Of a stretch of 64,000 nt of DNA, positions 1 through 9,949 are shown piece after piece. The stretch is from an uncultured delta proteobacterium (lineage in GTDB: Bacteria > Myxococcota_A > Polyangia > Polyangiales > JAFGIB01): the NCBI GenBank assembly GCA_963778655.1, contig CAVZVA010000010.1:512001-576000 (forward strand). Reading direction: 5' to 3'. The translations under genes were made by a program, and so were the position numbers. Under the pieces are notes generated by a model, which saw only the letters and a list, made by a program, of their open reading frames with translations, did not search any database and was not told where the DNA came from. How positions within the stretch are numbered: position 1 is the first letter of the stretch; every line of letters begins with the position of its first letter.

Positions 1-334
1 CGACCACGTCCTGGGTCTCGCTCATCACCGCCTGGACAGCGAAATGGATCGCCTGCTGGCCCGAGCCGCACTGGCGATCGACGCTGGTACCCGGCACGCT
101 CTCGGGCAGGCCCGAGGACAGCACGCAGTTGCGCGCGATGTTGGCGGCCTGCGCGCCGCTCTGACCTACGCAGCCAAAGATCACGTCCTCGATCTTGCCC
201 GGGTCGATGCCGGTGCGCGCGACCAGAGCGTCGAGCACCTTGCCGCCGAGGTCGGCCGGGTGCAGGCCGCTCAGCCGCCCTTTGTTACGGCCGCCGGCCG
301 TGCGGACCGCGCCTACGATATACGCCGATGCCAT
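1..334 (-). CDS. Acetyl-CoA C-acyltransferase (thiolase), N-terminal part; runs off the window start
   Basis: Not in the ORF track. Manual translation gives MASAYIVGAVRTAGG...IEDVIFGCV...VDRQCGSGQQAIHFA, including the thiolase active-site Cys motif. GGAGG RBS upstream. Confidence 0.93.
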   Translation of the reverse strand, partial: MASAYIVGAVRTAGGRNKGRLSGLHPADLGGKVLDALVARTGIDPGKIEDVIFGCVGQSGAQAANIARNCVLSSGLPESVPGTSVDRQCGSGQQAIHFAVQAVMSETQDVV

Positions 335-509
335 GCTCAACCTCCCCTGCTGCAAGGGATCCGCCGAGAGCTGGGCAAGCTAGCCGACGCACCGAAAACA
401 GTCAAGGCTGACCGTTTCTTGCGGTGCGCAGGCGTGGCGCCCCGTGCCGCCGGTTCGCGGCTCGGCCGATCGCGCAAGAAGACGCCAGCCTTCCCCGGCG
501 AACGACCGC

Positions 510-2159
510 TCAAGCGCCGAGCTTGAACGGGAACTTCACCTCGAAGCTGCTCTTCTGGAACTTTGGGAAGGGCGTGCTGCGCACCGCGCGCTCGACGCAG
601 CTCTTGGCGGCGGCGTCGACGCCGGAGACCGAGACACTGGTCGCGCGACCGCGGCTGCCCGAGATGCTGATGGCCGCGGTCGCGATGCCGCTGCCCTTGC
701 AGCCCGCCACCTTGGCCTTGGCCCTGGTCAGCGCCGCCAGCATGGCGTCGCGGCTGGGCGTCGCCGGCAAGTCGCTCTTGGGCGCGGGCTCGCTCTTGGG
801 CGGCGCCTTCTTGCCGCTGACCGCTCCGTCGAGCAGCTCGTCGAGGGTCGGGCTGCCGCCCTTCTTGTGCTCGGGCGGCGACGCCTTGGCGAACAGATCC
901 TCGTCGCTGCCTTTGGCTTTGCTCTTGCTCGAGCTGTCCCTGAGCGGGATGCCCTCGTCGCGGCTGACGTGGTGACTGGCCACCGCCGCCGCGCGCTCGT
1001 GCCTGACGTGATGGCTGATGCCGCGGTGTGCATGGCTGGAGCGCCGCGGCCTGTGCTCAGCGGCTTGTTCGGGCTCGGCCTGCGCGGTTTCGTCTGCTTG
1101 CGCGGCTTCGTCTTGTTGCGCGGCTTCGGGCGGCGCCGCTTGCTCGGGCTCGGCCACCGGCTGGGGATCGGGCGCAGCAGCGGGGACCGCGGGCGCGGCG
1201 ACCGGCACCGCAGCGGGCGCCGCCACCGGCTGCGCCAGCGCGACCACCGGCGGCGGCGGCGGCCTGCGCGTGAGCGCGAGCACGGCGATGCCGGACGCCA
1301 GCACGAAGCCGAGCGCCGCCAGGCTGGCGAACACCTTGGTGCGCAGATCGATCCCGCTGGCGGCGCGCGACGCGGGCAGCGACACCGGCGCCAGCGTGTC
1401 GAGCGGCGAGATCTCGGCGCCCATAATCGGGCGGTACGCTTCGTCGGCTTGGCCGCCTGCGAGCGATGCAACGTCGATCAGGCCCGAGCCTTCGCCCGAC
1501 GCGTAGCCGGGGCGCACCGAGGGCGCGGCGGCGGCCGGGTTCGGCAGCGACGCGGCGCTCAGCGCGCGGATCTGATCGAAGGAGAACTGCACCGTGCCCT
1601 CGTGCTGCGCTCCAGGCGTCGTCATCTCGGCCGCGCTCACGCGCGGGCCCTGGGCGGGCGGCGCCTCCGCGAACGGGTCGTTGCCCATCTGCACCTCGGG
1701 TGCGCGCGAAAGCGCGCGCGGCACCGGTGCCGGCCGCGGGGGTGCCGCGGAGCGCCGCGGTGCGGCCGCGTGCTCGAGCTCGGGCACCTGGGCCGCCAGC
1801 CGCCAGTCCGACCAGCCTTGCCGGTAGACCAACGTGTCCGCGCCAATCGTGCCATCGGCGCGGTAGCCCGCAAGCTCGTCCAGGGTGTAGGGCCCCTGGC
1901 TGGCGTCTCCCACGGCGACGTGCCAGGCAGCGTCCGGCTCCGAGGCGACGATGGGTTGCGGCGCCCGCACCGGCTCGCGGGCGGCAGGCGCCTCGACCGC
2001 ATCAGGCTCGTCAGGCGGCGCGGCCGCGCTGGCCAGGACGGCGCCGTCAACCACAATCGGCTCGCCGCACTTCTTGCACCGCAGTTTCAGGCGCCGGCCG
2101 GCGACCTTCTCATCGGCGACGGAATACGCGGCCCCACAATGCTCGCATCCTACCCTCAT
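510..2159 (-). CDS. Zinc-ribbon + GYF_2 domain membrane protein with AgmX/PglI-like C-terminal domain (GltJ/AgmX-like)
   Basis: CEHC...CKKC zinc ribbon; WHVAVGDASQGPY...WSDW GYF_2 motif; one TM helix; Pro/Ala-rich linker; C-terminal CVERAVRSTPFPKF...VKFPF. Confidence 0.85.
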   Translation of the reverse strand: MRVGCEHCGAAYSVADEKVAGRRLKLRCKKCGEPIVVDGAVLASAAAPPDEPDAVEAPAAREPVRAPQPIVASEPDAAWHVAVGDASQGPYTLDELAGYRADGTIGADTLVYRQGWSDWRLAAQVPELEHAAAPRRSAAPPRPAPVPRALSRAPEVQMGNDPFAEAPPAQGPRVSAAEMTTPGAQHEGTVQFSFDQIRALSAASLPNPAAAAPSVRPGYASGEGSGLIDVASLAGGQADEAYRPIMGAEISPLDTLAPVSLPASRAASGIDLRTKVFASLAALGFVLASGIAVLALTRRPPPPPVVALAQPVAAPAAVPVAAPAVPAAAPDPQPVAEPEQAAPPEAAQQDEAAQADETAQAEPEQAAEHRPRRSSHAHRGISHHVRHERAAAVASHHVSRDEGIPLRDSSSKSKAKGSDEDLFAKASPPEHKKGGSPTLDELLDGAVSGKKAPPKSEPAPKSDLPATPSRDAMLAALTRAKAKVAGCKGSGIATAAISISGSRGRATSVSVSGVDAAAKSCVERAVRSTPFPKFQKSSFEVKFPFKLGA

Positions 2160-2513
2160 GCTACCACCTCACTGCCGCCGGACAGCATTCTGCTGTACGG
2201 ACGCGTCCTAGCCCGGCGGCCATCAGCCTACCCTAGCGCCCCCAACGAGAATACCACCGTTTAGGGAGTGCAAAACCCCCCACTGTGCAGGGTCGGTACA
2301 CGTATCGCGCGCGTCCGGGAAGAGCCCCACGGCTGACCGCTGAGAGCCGCCATGAGGCCTGATTTGGCCGGTTCCGGGGGGTTTTCGGGCGCGGCTCAGC
2401 GGCGGCCCCGGGACTATCTGGCAGGCGTTGGCGGCCTCACGCGCGATCCGCCGTGATGACACGCGTGCGCCACGCGCCCGACACCGACGGCGCGCAAGCT
2501 GCCCGGCTCGGCG

Positions 2514-4205
2514 ATGAAGATCGCGCGCAGAACGCTGGTGAAGCAATTGGGCGCCGCGGCATCGCTGGCGGCCGGCACCGCCCTGCTCCGCAGCGCGCGC
2601 TGCGGCCCGCGGCAGGCCGCCAACCCCGGGCCGCAAACGCCGCCGGGCGCCGCGCAACGCCGCGGCACCCGATCGCGTCCCGCCGCCGCCGGGCCGGAAC
2701 ACCTGCCCTTGCACCTCGATCGGCTCGCACGCTTCGTGGATGCCTTGCCGATCCCGCCAGTGCTGGCGCCCGAGGGCACGCTCGGGGACCCGCGCCGGCC
2801 TCGCGCCGACCTCTATCGCGTCGCGATGCGGGAAGCGGAGCTGCGCATTCACCGCGACCTGCCGCCCGCGCGGATGTGGGGTTTCGAGGGCAGCGTGCCC
2901 GGACCGACGTTCGAGACGCGCAGCGGACGGGCCCTGGCGGTGCAGTGGCGCAACCAGCTGCCGCAGCGTCATCTGCTGCCCATCGATCACACGCTGTGCG
3001 GCGCGGCGGCAGGCCAGCCCGAGGTGCGCACCGTCGTCCATGTGCACGGTGCGCGCGTGCCGGCGGACAGCGACGGGTATCCGACCGACTGGTATCCGCC
3101 GGGGCGCTCTGCGTTGCTGCACTATCCGAACCGGCAGGACGCGACCATGCTCTGGTACCACGACCACGCGATGGGGATCGAACGGCTCAATCAGTACGCG
3201 GGGCTGTTCGGGCTGTTTCTGATCCGCGACGAGGTCGAGGACGCGCTCGCGCTTCCACGCGGCCCCTACGAAGTGCCGCTGGTGCTGTGCGACCGCATCT
3301 TCGGCGCGGACGCACAGCTGCGCTACCCCACCTCGGGCGACGCCCATGCGCCCTGGGTGCCGGAGGTCTACGGCGACGCCCAGCTGGTCAACGGCAAGCT
3401 CTTCCCCTACCTGGATGTCGAGCCACGCCGTTATCGCTTCCGCGTGCTGAATGCGGCCAACGGACGCTTCTATTATCTGTCGCTGTCCAACGGCATGACA
3501 TTCCACCAGATCGGCAGCGACCAGGGACTGTTGCCCGCGCCGGTGGAGCTGCGCAGCGTGACCCTGGCGCCCGCGGAGCGCGCCGATCTGATCGTGGATT
3601 TCAGCGGCTATGCCGGCAGCGAGCTGCTGCTCAAGAGCCAGGCGTTCGAGTTGATGCAGCTGCGCGTCGCGGCCGGCGCGCGCGCGGCGGAGGCGGCGCT
3701 GCCGGCGCGGCTGCGCCCGCTGCCGAGGACGCCCGTGACCGCGGCGGTGAAGACGCGCACGCTGACGCTCGACGAGTACCAGGATCCGAAGACGCACCGC
3801 ATGCTGATGCTGCTCAACGGCACCTATTGGCGCGAGCCGGTGAGCGAGCAGCCTGAGCTGGGCAGCGTCGAGGTGTGGAACCTGGTCAATCTGACCGAGG
3901 ACACGCACCCGATCCACCTCCATCTGGTGCGCTTCCAGATCTTGAATCGACAGCGCTTCGACGCCGACGAGTACAACACCTCGGGCACGATGCGCCTGCT
4001 GGGAGATCCGATTGCACCCGATCCGAACGAGGCCGGCTGGAAGGACACGGTGCGCGCCGGGCCCGGGCTGATCACGCGCATCATCACGCGCTTCGAAGGC
4101 TACGCCGGTCGCTACGTGTGGCACTGCCACGTGCTGGAGCACGCCGCCAACGAGATGATGCGGCCGTTCGAGGTGGTGGCGCCGCGCGCCGCGCGCAGGG
4201 GCTGA
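2514..4205 (+). CDS. Multicopper oxidase (CotA/bilirubin oxidase-like), probable Tat substrate
   Basis: Copper motifs HVHG, WYHDH, HPIHLH and WHCHVLEH...MMRPF; N-terminal RRTLVK twin-arginine-like signal. Confidence 0.93.
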   Translation: MKIARRTLVKQLGAAASLAAGTALLRSARCGPRQAANPGPQTPPGAAQRRGTRSRPAAAGPEHLPLHLDRLARFVDALPIPPVLAPEGTLGDPRRPRADLYRVAMREAELRIHRDLPPARMWGFEGSVPGPTFETRSGRALAVQWRNQLPQRHLLPIDHTLCGAAAGQPEVRTVVHVHGARVPADSDGYPTDWYPPGRSALLHYPNRQDATMLWYHDHAMGIERLNQYAGLFGLFLIRDEVEDALALPRGPYEVPLVLCDRIFGADAQLRYPTSGDAHAPWVPEVYGDAQLVNGKLFPYLDVEPRRYRFRVLNAANGRFYYLSLSNGMTFHQIGSDQGLLPAPVELRSVTLAPAERADLIVDFSGYAGSELLLKSQAFELMQLRVAAGARAAEAALPARLRPLPRTPVTAAVKTRTLTLDEYQDPKTHRMLMLLNGTYWREPVSEQPELGSVEVWNLVNLTEDTHPIHLHLVRFQILNRQRFDADEYNTSGTMRLLGDPIAPDPNEAGWKDTVRAGPGLITRIITRFEGYAGRYVWHCHVLEHAANEMMRPFEVVAPRAARRG

Positions 4206-4380
4206 CGCGGGGCGGGCGCCCGACACTGGAGCGCCGTGCCCCGGTTTGTCGCGCGTACCGCGCTGGCTTGCACGCGATCGCTACGCACTCGTCACGCGAC
4301 TCTTGGTCAAGCGTCACGCGCGACAGGTAGATGCAACCGGTCCCAGCCAATCTCAGCCAATCACTCAAGCGAGGTATGCG

Positions 4381-6111
4381 ATGAACGTTCAGAGCTCAAC
4401 ACGCGCGCGGCTGCTGCTGGCAGGCGGTCTGGTGCTCGCCTGCGGCGCGGCGCCGCCCGACGGCTGCGCCGGAGGCTTGCCCGGCCTACCTGGCGGCGGC
4501 AGCGGCGGTAGCGGTCAGCACGGACACCCGGGCGACGCCGCGACGCGCTACGCGACCAAGACCCCGATCAAGCACTTGGTGGTGATCTTCGGAGAGAACG
4601 TCTCGTTCGATCACTACTTCGGCACCTACCCCAAGGCCGAGAACAACCCCGGCGAGACGCCCTTCCACGCCGCGGCTCGCACGCCCGAGGCCAACACGCT
4701 GCTCACGCCTCTGGATCCGACCCACGGCTTCGCCCCCGTCGCGGGTGTCGATCTGCTGGGCGCGAACCCGAACTTCACCAACAGCGACAACGGCAGCGAC
4801 GCGGCCAACCCGTTCCGCCTGGGCCCCGCGCAAGGCGCCACGCAAGACATGGGGCACAACTACAAGCCGGAGCAGCAGGCGTCGAACGCAGGCGCCATGG
4901 ACCTTTTCCCGAAGTACACCGGCACCGCCGGCCCACCGCCCGACTCGCCCGCCGCAGCGACCACCAAGGGCGCGGTCATGGCCTATTACGACGGCAACAC
5001 GGTCAGCGCGCTGTGGCACTACGCGCAGCAGTACGCGATGAACGACAACTCGTGGAGCACGACCTTCGGCCCGTCGACGCCGGGCGCGATCAACCTGGTC
5101 GCGGGCCAGACCGCGGGCGTCGACCAGACCAACAAGGATCCGGCGACGATGTCGGCCAGCCACGTGACTCCGGACGGCAACGGCGGCTACGCCCTGATCG
5201 GCGACACCGACCCGCTCGGCGACGTGTGCTCGACCGGCTCCGACCAGAACAACTTCAGCGGCCGCAACATCGGCGACCTGCTGAACGCCAAGGGCATCAC
5301 CTGGGGCTGGTTCGAGGGCGGCTTCGACCTGACCATCGCCAACGCGAACGGCACCACCGGCTGCAACCGGCAGACCGATCAGACCATCGCCAACGCGCCC
5401 TACAACTCCAGGGACTACATCCCGCATCACCAGCCGTTCCAGTACTACCCATCCACCGCCAATCTCGAGCACATGCGGCCGAGCAGCGTGTCGGCGATCG
5501 GCCGCAGCCTGCAGGACGACGGCAAGACCCCGGACCCCGCGAATCACCAGTACGATTCGCACGACTTCTTCGACGCGCTGGCTGCGGGCAACTTCCCCGC
5601 GGTCAGCTACCTCAAGGCGCCGGCCTATCAGGACGGTCATGCGGGCTATTCGAACCCGATTGACGAGCAGGACTTCATCACCGAGGTGGTCGATGCGGTC
5701 AAGCAGAGCCCGTACTGGGGCAGCACCGCGATCGTGATCGCGTACGACGACTCCGATGGCTGGTACGACCACCAGGCGCCGCCGATCGTGAACCCATCGA
5801 CCGGCGTGGCGGACGCGCTCAACGGCGCGGGCGTGTGCAACCAGGGCGCGCAGCAGGGCGGTCGGGCGCCTGCAACGCCGCTGCTCGGCGTCGACGGCAA
5901 GCCGGCCCAGGGCCGCTGCGGCTACGGCACGCGCATGCCGTTCCTGATCGTCTCGCCATGGGCGAAGAAAAACTACGTCGACCACACGCTGACCGACCAG
6001 TCCTCGGTGCTGAAGTTCATCGAGGACAACTGGTTGCACGGCGAGCGCATCCAGCCCGGCGGCTCGTATGACGAGATCGCGGGCACGCTCGAGCACATGT
6101 TTACCTTCTGA
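4381..6111 (+). CDS. Phosphoesterase family protein (AcpA acid phosphatase / phospholipase C type), probable lipoprotein
   Basis: IKHLVVIFGENVSFDHYFG, TFGPSTPGAINL, DGHAGYS, YDDSDGWYDH, RCGYGTRMP; LVLAC lipobox. ATG 4381 chosen after GAGG. Confidence 0.9.
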   Translation: MNVQSSTRARLLLAGGLVLACGAAPPDGCAGGLPGLPGGGSGGSGQHGHPGDAATRYATKTPIKHLVVIFGENVSFDHYFGTYPKAENNPGETPFHAAARTPEANTLLTPLDPTHGFAPVAGVDLLGANPNFTNSDNGSDAANPFRLGPAQGATQDMGHNYKPEQQASNAGAMDLFPKYTGTAGPPPDSPAAATTKGAVMAYYDGNTVSALWHYAQQYAMNDNSWSTTFGPSTPGAINLVAGQTAGVDQTNKDPATMSASHVTPDGNGGYALIGDTDPLGDVCSTGSDQNNFSGRNIGDLLNAKGITWGWFEGGFDLTIANANGTTGCNRQTDQTIANAPYNSRDYIPHHQPFQYYPSTANLEHMRPSSVSAIGRSLQDDGKTPDPANHQYDSHDFFDALAAGNFPAVSYLKAPAYQDGHAGYSNPIDEQDFITEVVDAVKQSPYWGSTAIVIAYDDSDGWYDHQAPPIVNPSTGVADALNGAGVCNQGAQQGGRAPATPLLGVDGKPAQGRCGYGTRMPFLIVSPWAKKNYVDHTLTDQSSVLKFIEDNWLHGERIQPGGSYDEIAGTLEHMFTF

Positions 6112-6141
6112 GTCCGAGACCGACAGCTTCCCAGCGCCCAA

Positions 6142-6190
6142 GGGGCGGCCGCGCGGTTTCCCGTACCGCCCGGCCGCCCCGCTTTTCTTC
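6142..6190 (+). terminator. Probable intrinsic terminator after the phosphoesterase gene
   Basis: GGGGCGGCCG...CGGCCGCCCC stem followed by GCTTTTCTT, between convergent genes. Confidence 0.6.
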
Positions 6191-6224
6191 TGCCGCCTCG
6201 CGCCGAGGCGCCGCAGCTGCTCAC

Positions 6225-7388
6225 TTACCGCACGAGCAGAGGCGCACGGCCCAGCACCAGCGCGGCGACCGCTGCCACCACCGCGCCCAGCACGAAGATG
6301 GTGGGAAAGCCGGCGCGCTCCGCGATCCAGCCGAACGCCAGCACCGAGAGCGTGTAGCCGAGCTGAAAGGCGCCGTTGACGTAAGTCATCACCAACCCGC
6401 GCTTTCGCAGGTCGGTGCCCTCGAGCGCGAGCGCGTTGAGCGCTGGATAGAAGAAGCCGTGGGCGCAGCCGAGCAGGGCGCCGTACAACACCAGGGTGCC
6501 GGGCGCGAGCCGGCTCATGCCGAGCTCGACTGCGGCGTAGAGCACGAGCGAGGCGACCGCAGTGCGCTTGCGTCCCACGCGATCGGGCAGCCAGCCAAGC
6601 GCCACGCGCGCCACCACCACGCTGCTGGCGAAACCCAGGAAGAAGCCGCGCACCTGGTGGATGCCGAGGCTGAGCGCGAACGGCTGATAGAAGGCGACCG
6701 CCACCGCGAACGCCACGCCCACGGCGCACATCGAGAGCGCGCACAGCAGCAGGCCGCCGGAAAGCGATGCGTGCGCCGGCGGCGCGCTGTCCAGCGGACG
6801 CTCGACGTCACGGATGCGCAGCGCGAACAGGCACGCGAGCACCGCGGCCGCTCCGGCGCTGGCGAACACCGGCTGCCAGCCCACAGCGCTGGCGAGCGGC
6901 TCGCCGACCGCAGGCGCGATCGCGTTCATGGCGACGTTGGACGCGCCGAACACGCCGAGCACCTGGGTGAGCCGCTCCGGCGGCGCGAGATCCGCGGCCT
7001 GCGTGCCGGCGGCGTTGAACACGATCACGAACGACACGCCGTAGCACAGCTGCAGCAGCAGCAGCAGCGGACCGATGCGGTCCACGCCCATGAATGCGAA
7101 CGCCTGCAGCGCGGCGAGCGCGCTGCCGGCGAGGATCAGCGGCCGGCGCCCGACCCGATCGACCAAGCGCCCCACGAACGGCACCGCGAGCGCGGCCGAG
7201 AGGCTGGGAACCGCGGCCACCAGCCCGATCTCGCTGGGGCTGGCGTGCAGCTCGGTGGTCAGGAACTTGGGCAGCAGCAGGAACATCGACCAGCAAAAGC
7301 CGTAGGAGAGCTGCATCGCGATCACCACGGACAGCTCGCGGCGCGGCAGCGGCGATGCCTCGGGAAGGGCCAGCGTCGGGGTGCTCAT
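6225..7388 (-). CDS. MFS transporter
   Basis: About 12 hydrophobic segments; motif A GRLVDRVGRR and a second copy GWLPDRVGRK. Confidence 0.9.
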   Translation of the reverse strand: MSTPTLALPEASPLPRRELSVVIAMQLSYGFCWSMFLLLPKFLTTELHASPSEIGLVAAVPSLSAALAVPFVGRLVDRVGRRPLILAGSALAALQAFAFMGVDRIGPLLLLLQLCYGVSFVIVFNAAGTQAADLAPPERLTQVLGVFGASNVAMNAIAPAVGEPLASAVGWQPVFASAGAAAVLACLFALRIRDVERPLDSAPPAHASLSGGLLLCALSMCAVGVAFAVAVAFYQPFALSLGIHQVRGFFLGFASSVVVARVALGWLPDRVGRKRTAVASLVLYAAVELGMSRLAPGTLVLYGALLGCAHGFFYPALNALALEGTDLRKRGLVMTYVNGAFQLGYTLSVLAFGWIAERAGFPTIFVLGAVVAAVAALVLGRAPLLVR

Positions 7389-7601
7389 GCTCACGTCCTT
7401 TCGGACGGCGGCGCAGGGCTATGAAGACCCTCTGCCGCCCGGTTGCGGAAGAGGGTGTGGTGCCGTGGTCAGCGAAGCACGCGCGCACCCTCGTCCGCCT
7501 CTACGAGGCAAATGCGGACAAGATGCTTGCGCCAGGCCTTCGACACGCGCGCCAAGCTAGCGCGCCGGCGGCGCGCCGTCAAAGCGAAGCGACGCGGCCG
7601 G

Positions 7602-8828
7602 CTACGGATCGCAGTCGGCGGGCTTCGCCCACTGCGCGACCGCGTCGGCGTCGTCGCCGGCCGTGATCAGCACGTCGCGGCCCTGCTGGTCCACGCTCAG
7701 ATCCGTCTCCGGCTTGCGCGCGGCGGCCGAGGCGACCACCTCGGCGTCGGAGCTGGAGGCCATGCGGATCTTCCAGGCCACGGTAGTCTGCTGGCTCGAA
7801 TCGTCGAAGTAGACCCAGATGAGGTCGTCACGCCAGCGCAGCGCGCGCGCGAACGCGTCGTGCTCGCCGAGCTCGGTGCCGACCAGGAACGCGTAAAGCT
7901 GCATGGCGCCGAAGCGGTCGAACCCGGCCGCCTTGTAGCCGTCCGCCGGCGGCTCGCTGCGGCACGAAAGCGCGGGGCTGGTGCCGGCCCGGCCGTGCCC
8001 GAAGGCCGCCATCAGGTCCACGCCGCGCCCAGGGAAATCGGTACCCAGGCGGCGCACCGCGGCGTTGCCGCCGGTCAGCCAGGCGCGCGTGAGGTAATCG
8101 GCGCCGAGCGGATACTCGAACCACGAAACCGAGTAGTAGGGCGAATCGGCGGACGCCATCGAGTCTTGCAGCCCGTTCTCCCAGTTGCCGTAATAGCGGT
8201 CCCAGTTCACGGCGTGTGCCTCGATGCCTTCGATCTCCGCCTGTGCGAGGTGCTCGTAGAGCGTGGCCTCGCCTTCGATGAAGGCTTGATTGGCGAAGAA
8301 GCCGTCGCTGCTCGCGCTGACGCGCTCGCCGGCGCGCTCGCGCCCCTGGAACGCGTGCACCAGCTCGTGCGCCAGCAGCGTGGTGTCGGAGGCCTCGTTG
8401 CTGTCCTGACCGCGGTCGAGCACCGTGACTTGACCGGTGACCGAAGAATAGAACGCCGCGACGTTGCGCACGCGATCGTCGATCGAGGCCTGGGAAGCGG
8501 ACGTGGCCGTGGTCACCAGGCCGAGCTCCTGCAACGCGACGGTCCACGGATTGACGCTGGGCTCGCCCTGGGCCTTGGCGGCCTTCTTCTGTGCCGCGTC
8601 CGCCGCCACCAGCTCCTGGCGATACTGGTCGAGGGTGATGGTGTGAATCGGCGGGATGCCGCCGAACGGATCGTAGCCGTCTCCGCGCAGGCGGACCACG
8701 CCGTAGAAGACGTCCTCCTGACACGCGCGCTGTGCGATGTTGCAGGGCTCGAGCTTCGGATTGGCGGTGCACGCCCCGAGCCCGAGCACAAGCCCGAGCG
8801 CAGCCGCCGCCCGCGGCACTCGGCTCAC
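7602..8828 (-). CDS. Lipoprotein with HExxH zinc-metallopeptidase motif
   Basis: GTG start overlaps the upstream stop (GTGA); LGLGAC lipobox; LAHELVHAFQ...FIEGEA motif. Confidence 0.75.
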   Translation of the reverse strand: MSRVPRAAAALGLVLGLGACTANPKLEPCNIAQRACQEDVFYGVVRLRGDGYDPFGGIPPIHTITLDQYRQELVAADAAQKKAAKAQGEPSVNPWTVALQELGLVTTATSASQASIDDRVRNVAAFYSSVTGQVTVLDRGQDSNEASDTTLLAHELVHAFQGRERAGERVSASSDGFFANQAFIEGEATLYEHLAQAEIEGIEAHAVNWDRYYGNWENGLQDSMASADSPYYSVSWFEYPLGADYLTRAWLTGGNAAVRRLGTDFPGRGVDLMAAFGHGRAGTSPALSCRSEPPADGYKAAGFDRFGAMQLYAFLVGTELGEHDAFARALRWRDDLIWVYFDDSSQQTTVAWKIRMASSSDAEVVASAAARKPETDLSVDQQGRDVLITAGDDADAVAQWAKPADCDP

Positions 8829-9679
8829 AGCACGCCTCCGCCGGCCAGGTGTAGGCCCCACACGTGCGGCCCGCGCGCGCCCGCCAGTGGCTCGTCCACG
8901 TTGCCAGTGTAGCGCGCCTCCAGGAAGGCGCGCCCCAGCTCCACCCGCAGCCAGGGCTCGAGCGACAGCTGCAGCATGTCGAGCCCATTGGTCGGCATCA
9001 CCACCGCCTTGAGCCGCAGCCCGAAGCGGCACGGCCCCTTGTGCGAGCCCAGCCCGAGCAGCGTGGGCACGAAGACGGAGACCGGATCGCGGCGGTAGGC
9101 CTCGTAGGCCGGGAACAGCACGGCCGGCGCCGCGGCCAGCTCGAGCCGCAGCTCGGGGTCGAGATCGAGCTCGACCCGGCCGTACGCGATCGCGGCCGCG
9201 CGCTCGGGTGCGTACAGCCACACCTCCCACAATCCGTCCATGCCCTGAGCGTAGTTGAACGCGGTGTGCTGCAGCCGGCCCTGACCGGCGCTGTCGATAC
9301 GCGCGATCGGCACCGTGCCGCCCAGACCCACCCGGTAGCGCATGCCGAGCCAGGTTCCGCGCAGCAGCCCGAACAGCGTCGGATTGCCCAGGCGCAGCAG
9401 GTCTTCGCTGGGACCTTGCTCCGGGTTGGAGTCGATCCCGATGATCCCGAAGTCCGCGGCCAGCGAGTAGCGCGGCCCGAACGCATACTGAGCCGAAGCT
9501 CGCAGCGTGGGCACGTGCAAGCTGGAGTTGTCTTCGGTCGTGGCGAAGTAGCCCAGCTCGCCGGCCAGGCTCAGGTGCCACGGCTCGACCGGCAGCTGCA
9601 CGGCCTGCGCCTGCGCCCGCGCGCACCATAGCGGCAACGCCAGCCACACTGCGAAGAGCGCTCGCCTGCCGCGCCGCAC
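8825..9679 (-). CDS. Hypothetical exported protein, probable outer-membrane beta-barrel
   Basis: Signal peptide ending AQA; many alternating amphipathic strands (LRASAQYAF, YRVGLGGTVP, WGLHLAGGGVL). Confidence 0.6.
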   Translation of the reverse strand: MRRGRRALFAVWLALPLWCARAQAQAVQLPVEPWHLSLAGELGYFATTEDNSSLHVPTLRASAQYAFGPRYSLAADFGIIGIDSNPEQGPSEDLLRLGNPTLFGLLRGTWLGMRYRVGLGGTVPIARIDSAGQGRLQHTAFNYAQGMDGLWEVWLYAPERAAAIAYGRVELDLDPELRLELAAAPAVLFPAYEAYRRDPVSVFVPTLLGLGSHKGPCRFGLRLKAVVMPTNGLDMLQLSLEPWLRVELGRAFLEARYTGNVDEPLAGARGPHVWGLHLAGGGVL

Positions 9680-9949
9680 GCGTTGACACTAGTTGAGCGA
9701 TTGCGGTTTGGGAACCACGCCGGCGTGCAGAACGGCGACCCCGAGCGCGCGCGGGCGAGCGCGCAGGCAGCGCCGGCCGCCCGGGTCTCCCAAACCAGCC
9801 GACCCGCAGAGGGCTCGTGCTGCGAGCAAAGCCGTGGCCGGAGTCGCTTCGGAGTCGGTGCCAAGCGCGGCATTGACTCGCGTGCGTGCGCACTTGCTGC
9901 TATGAGCAGCTTGCGCGGAGACGCCGGCCGCCGGCGCGCGCGGCTCGCG

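Noticed and set aside
9825..9841. GG-N10-GC sigma54-like site on the minus strand
   Set aside because: Poor match to TGGCAC; expected by chance at this GC content.
7602..9893. 763-aa version of the HExxH protein
   Set aside because: The N-terminal half overlaps the 8825-9679 gene in another frame; the lipobox places the start at 8828.
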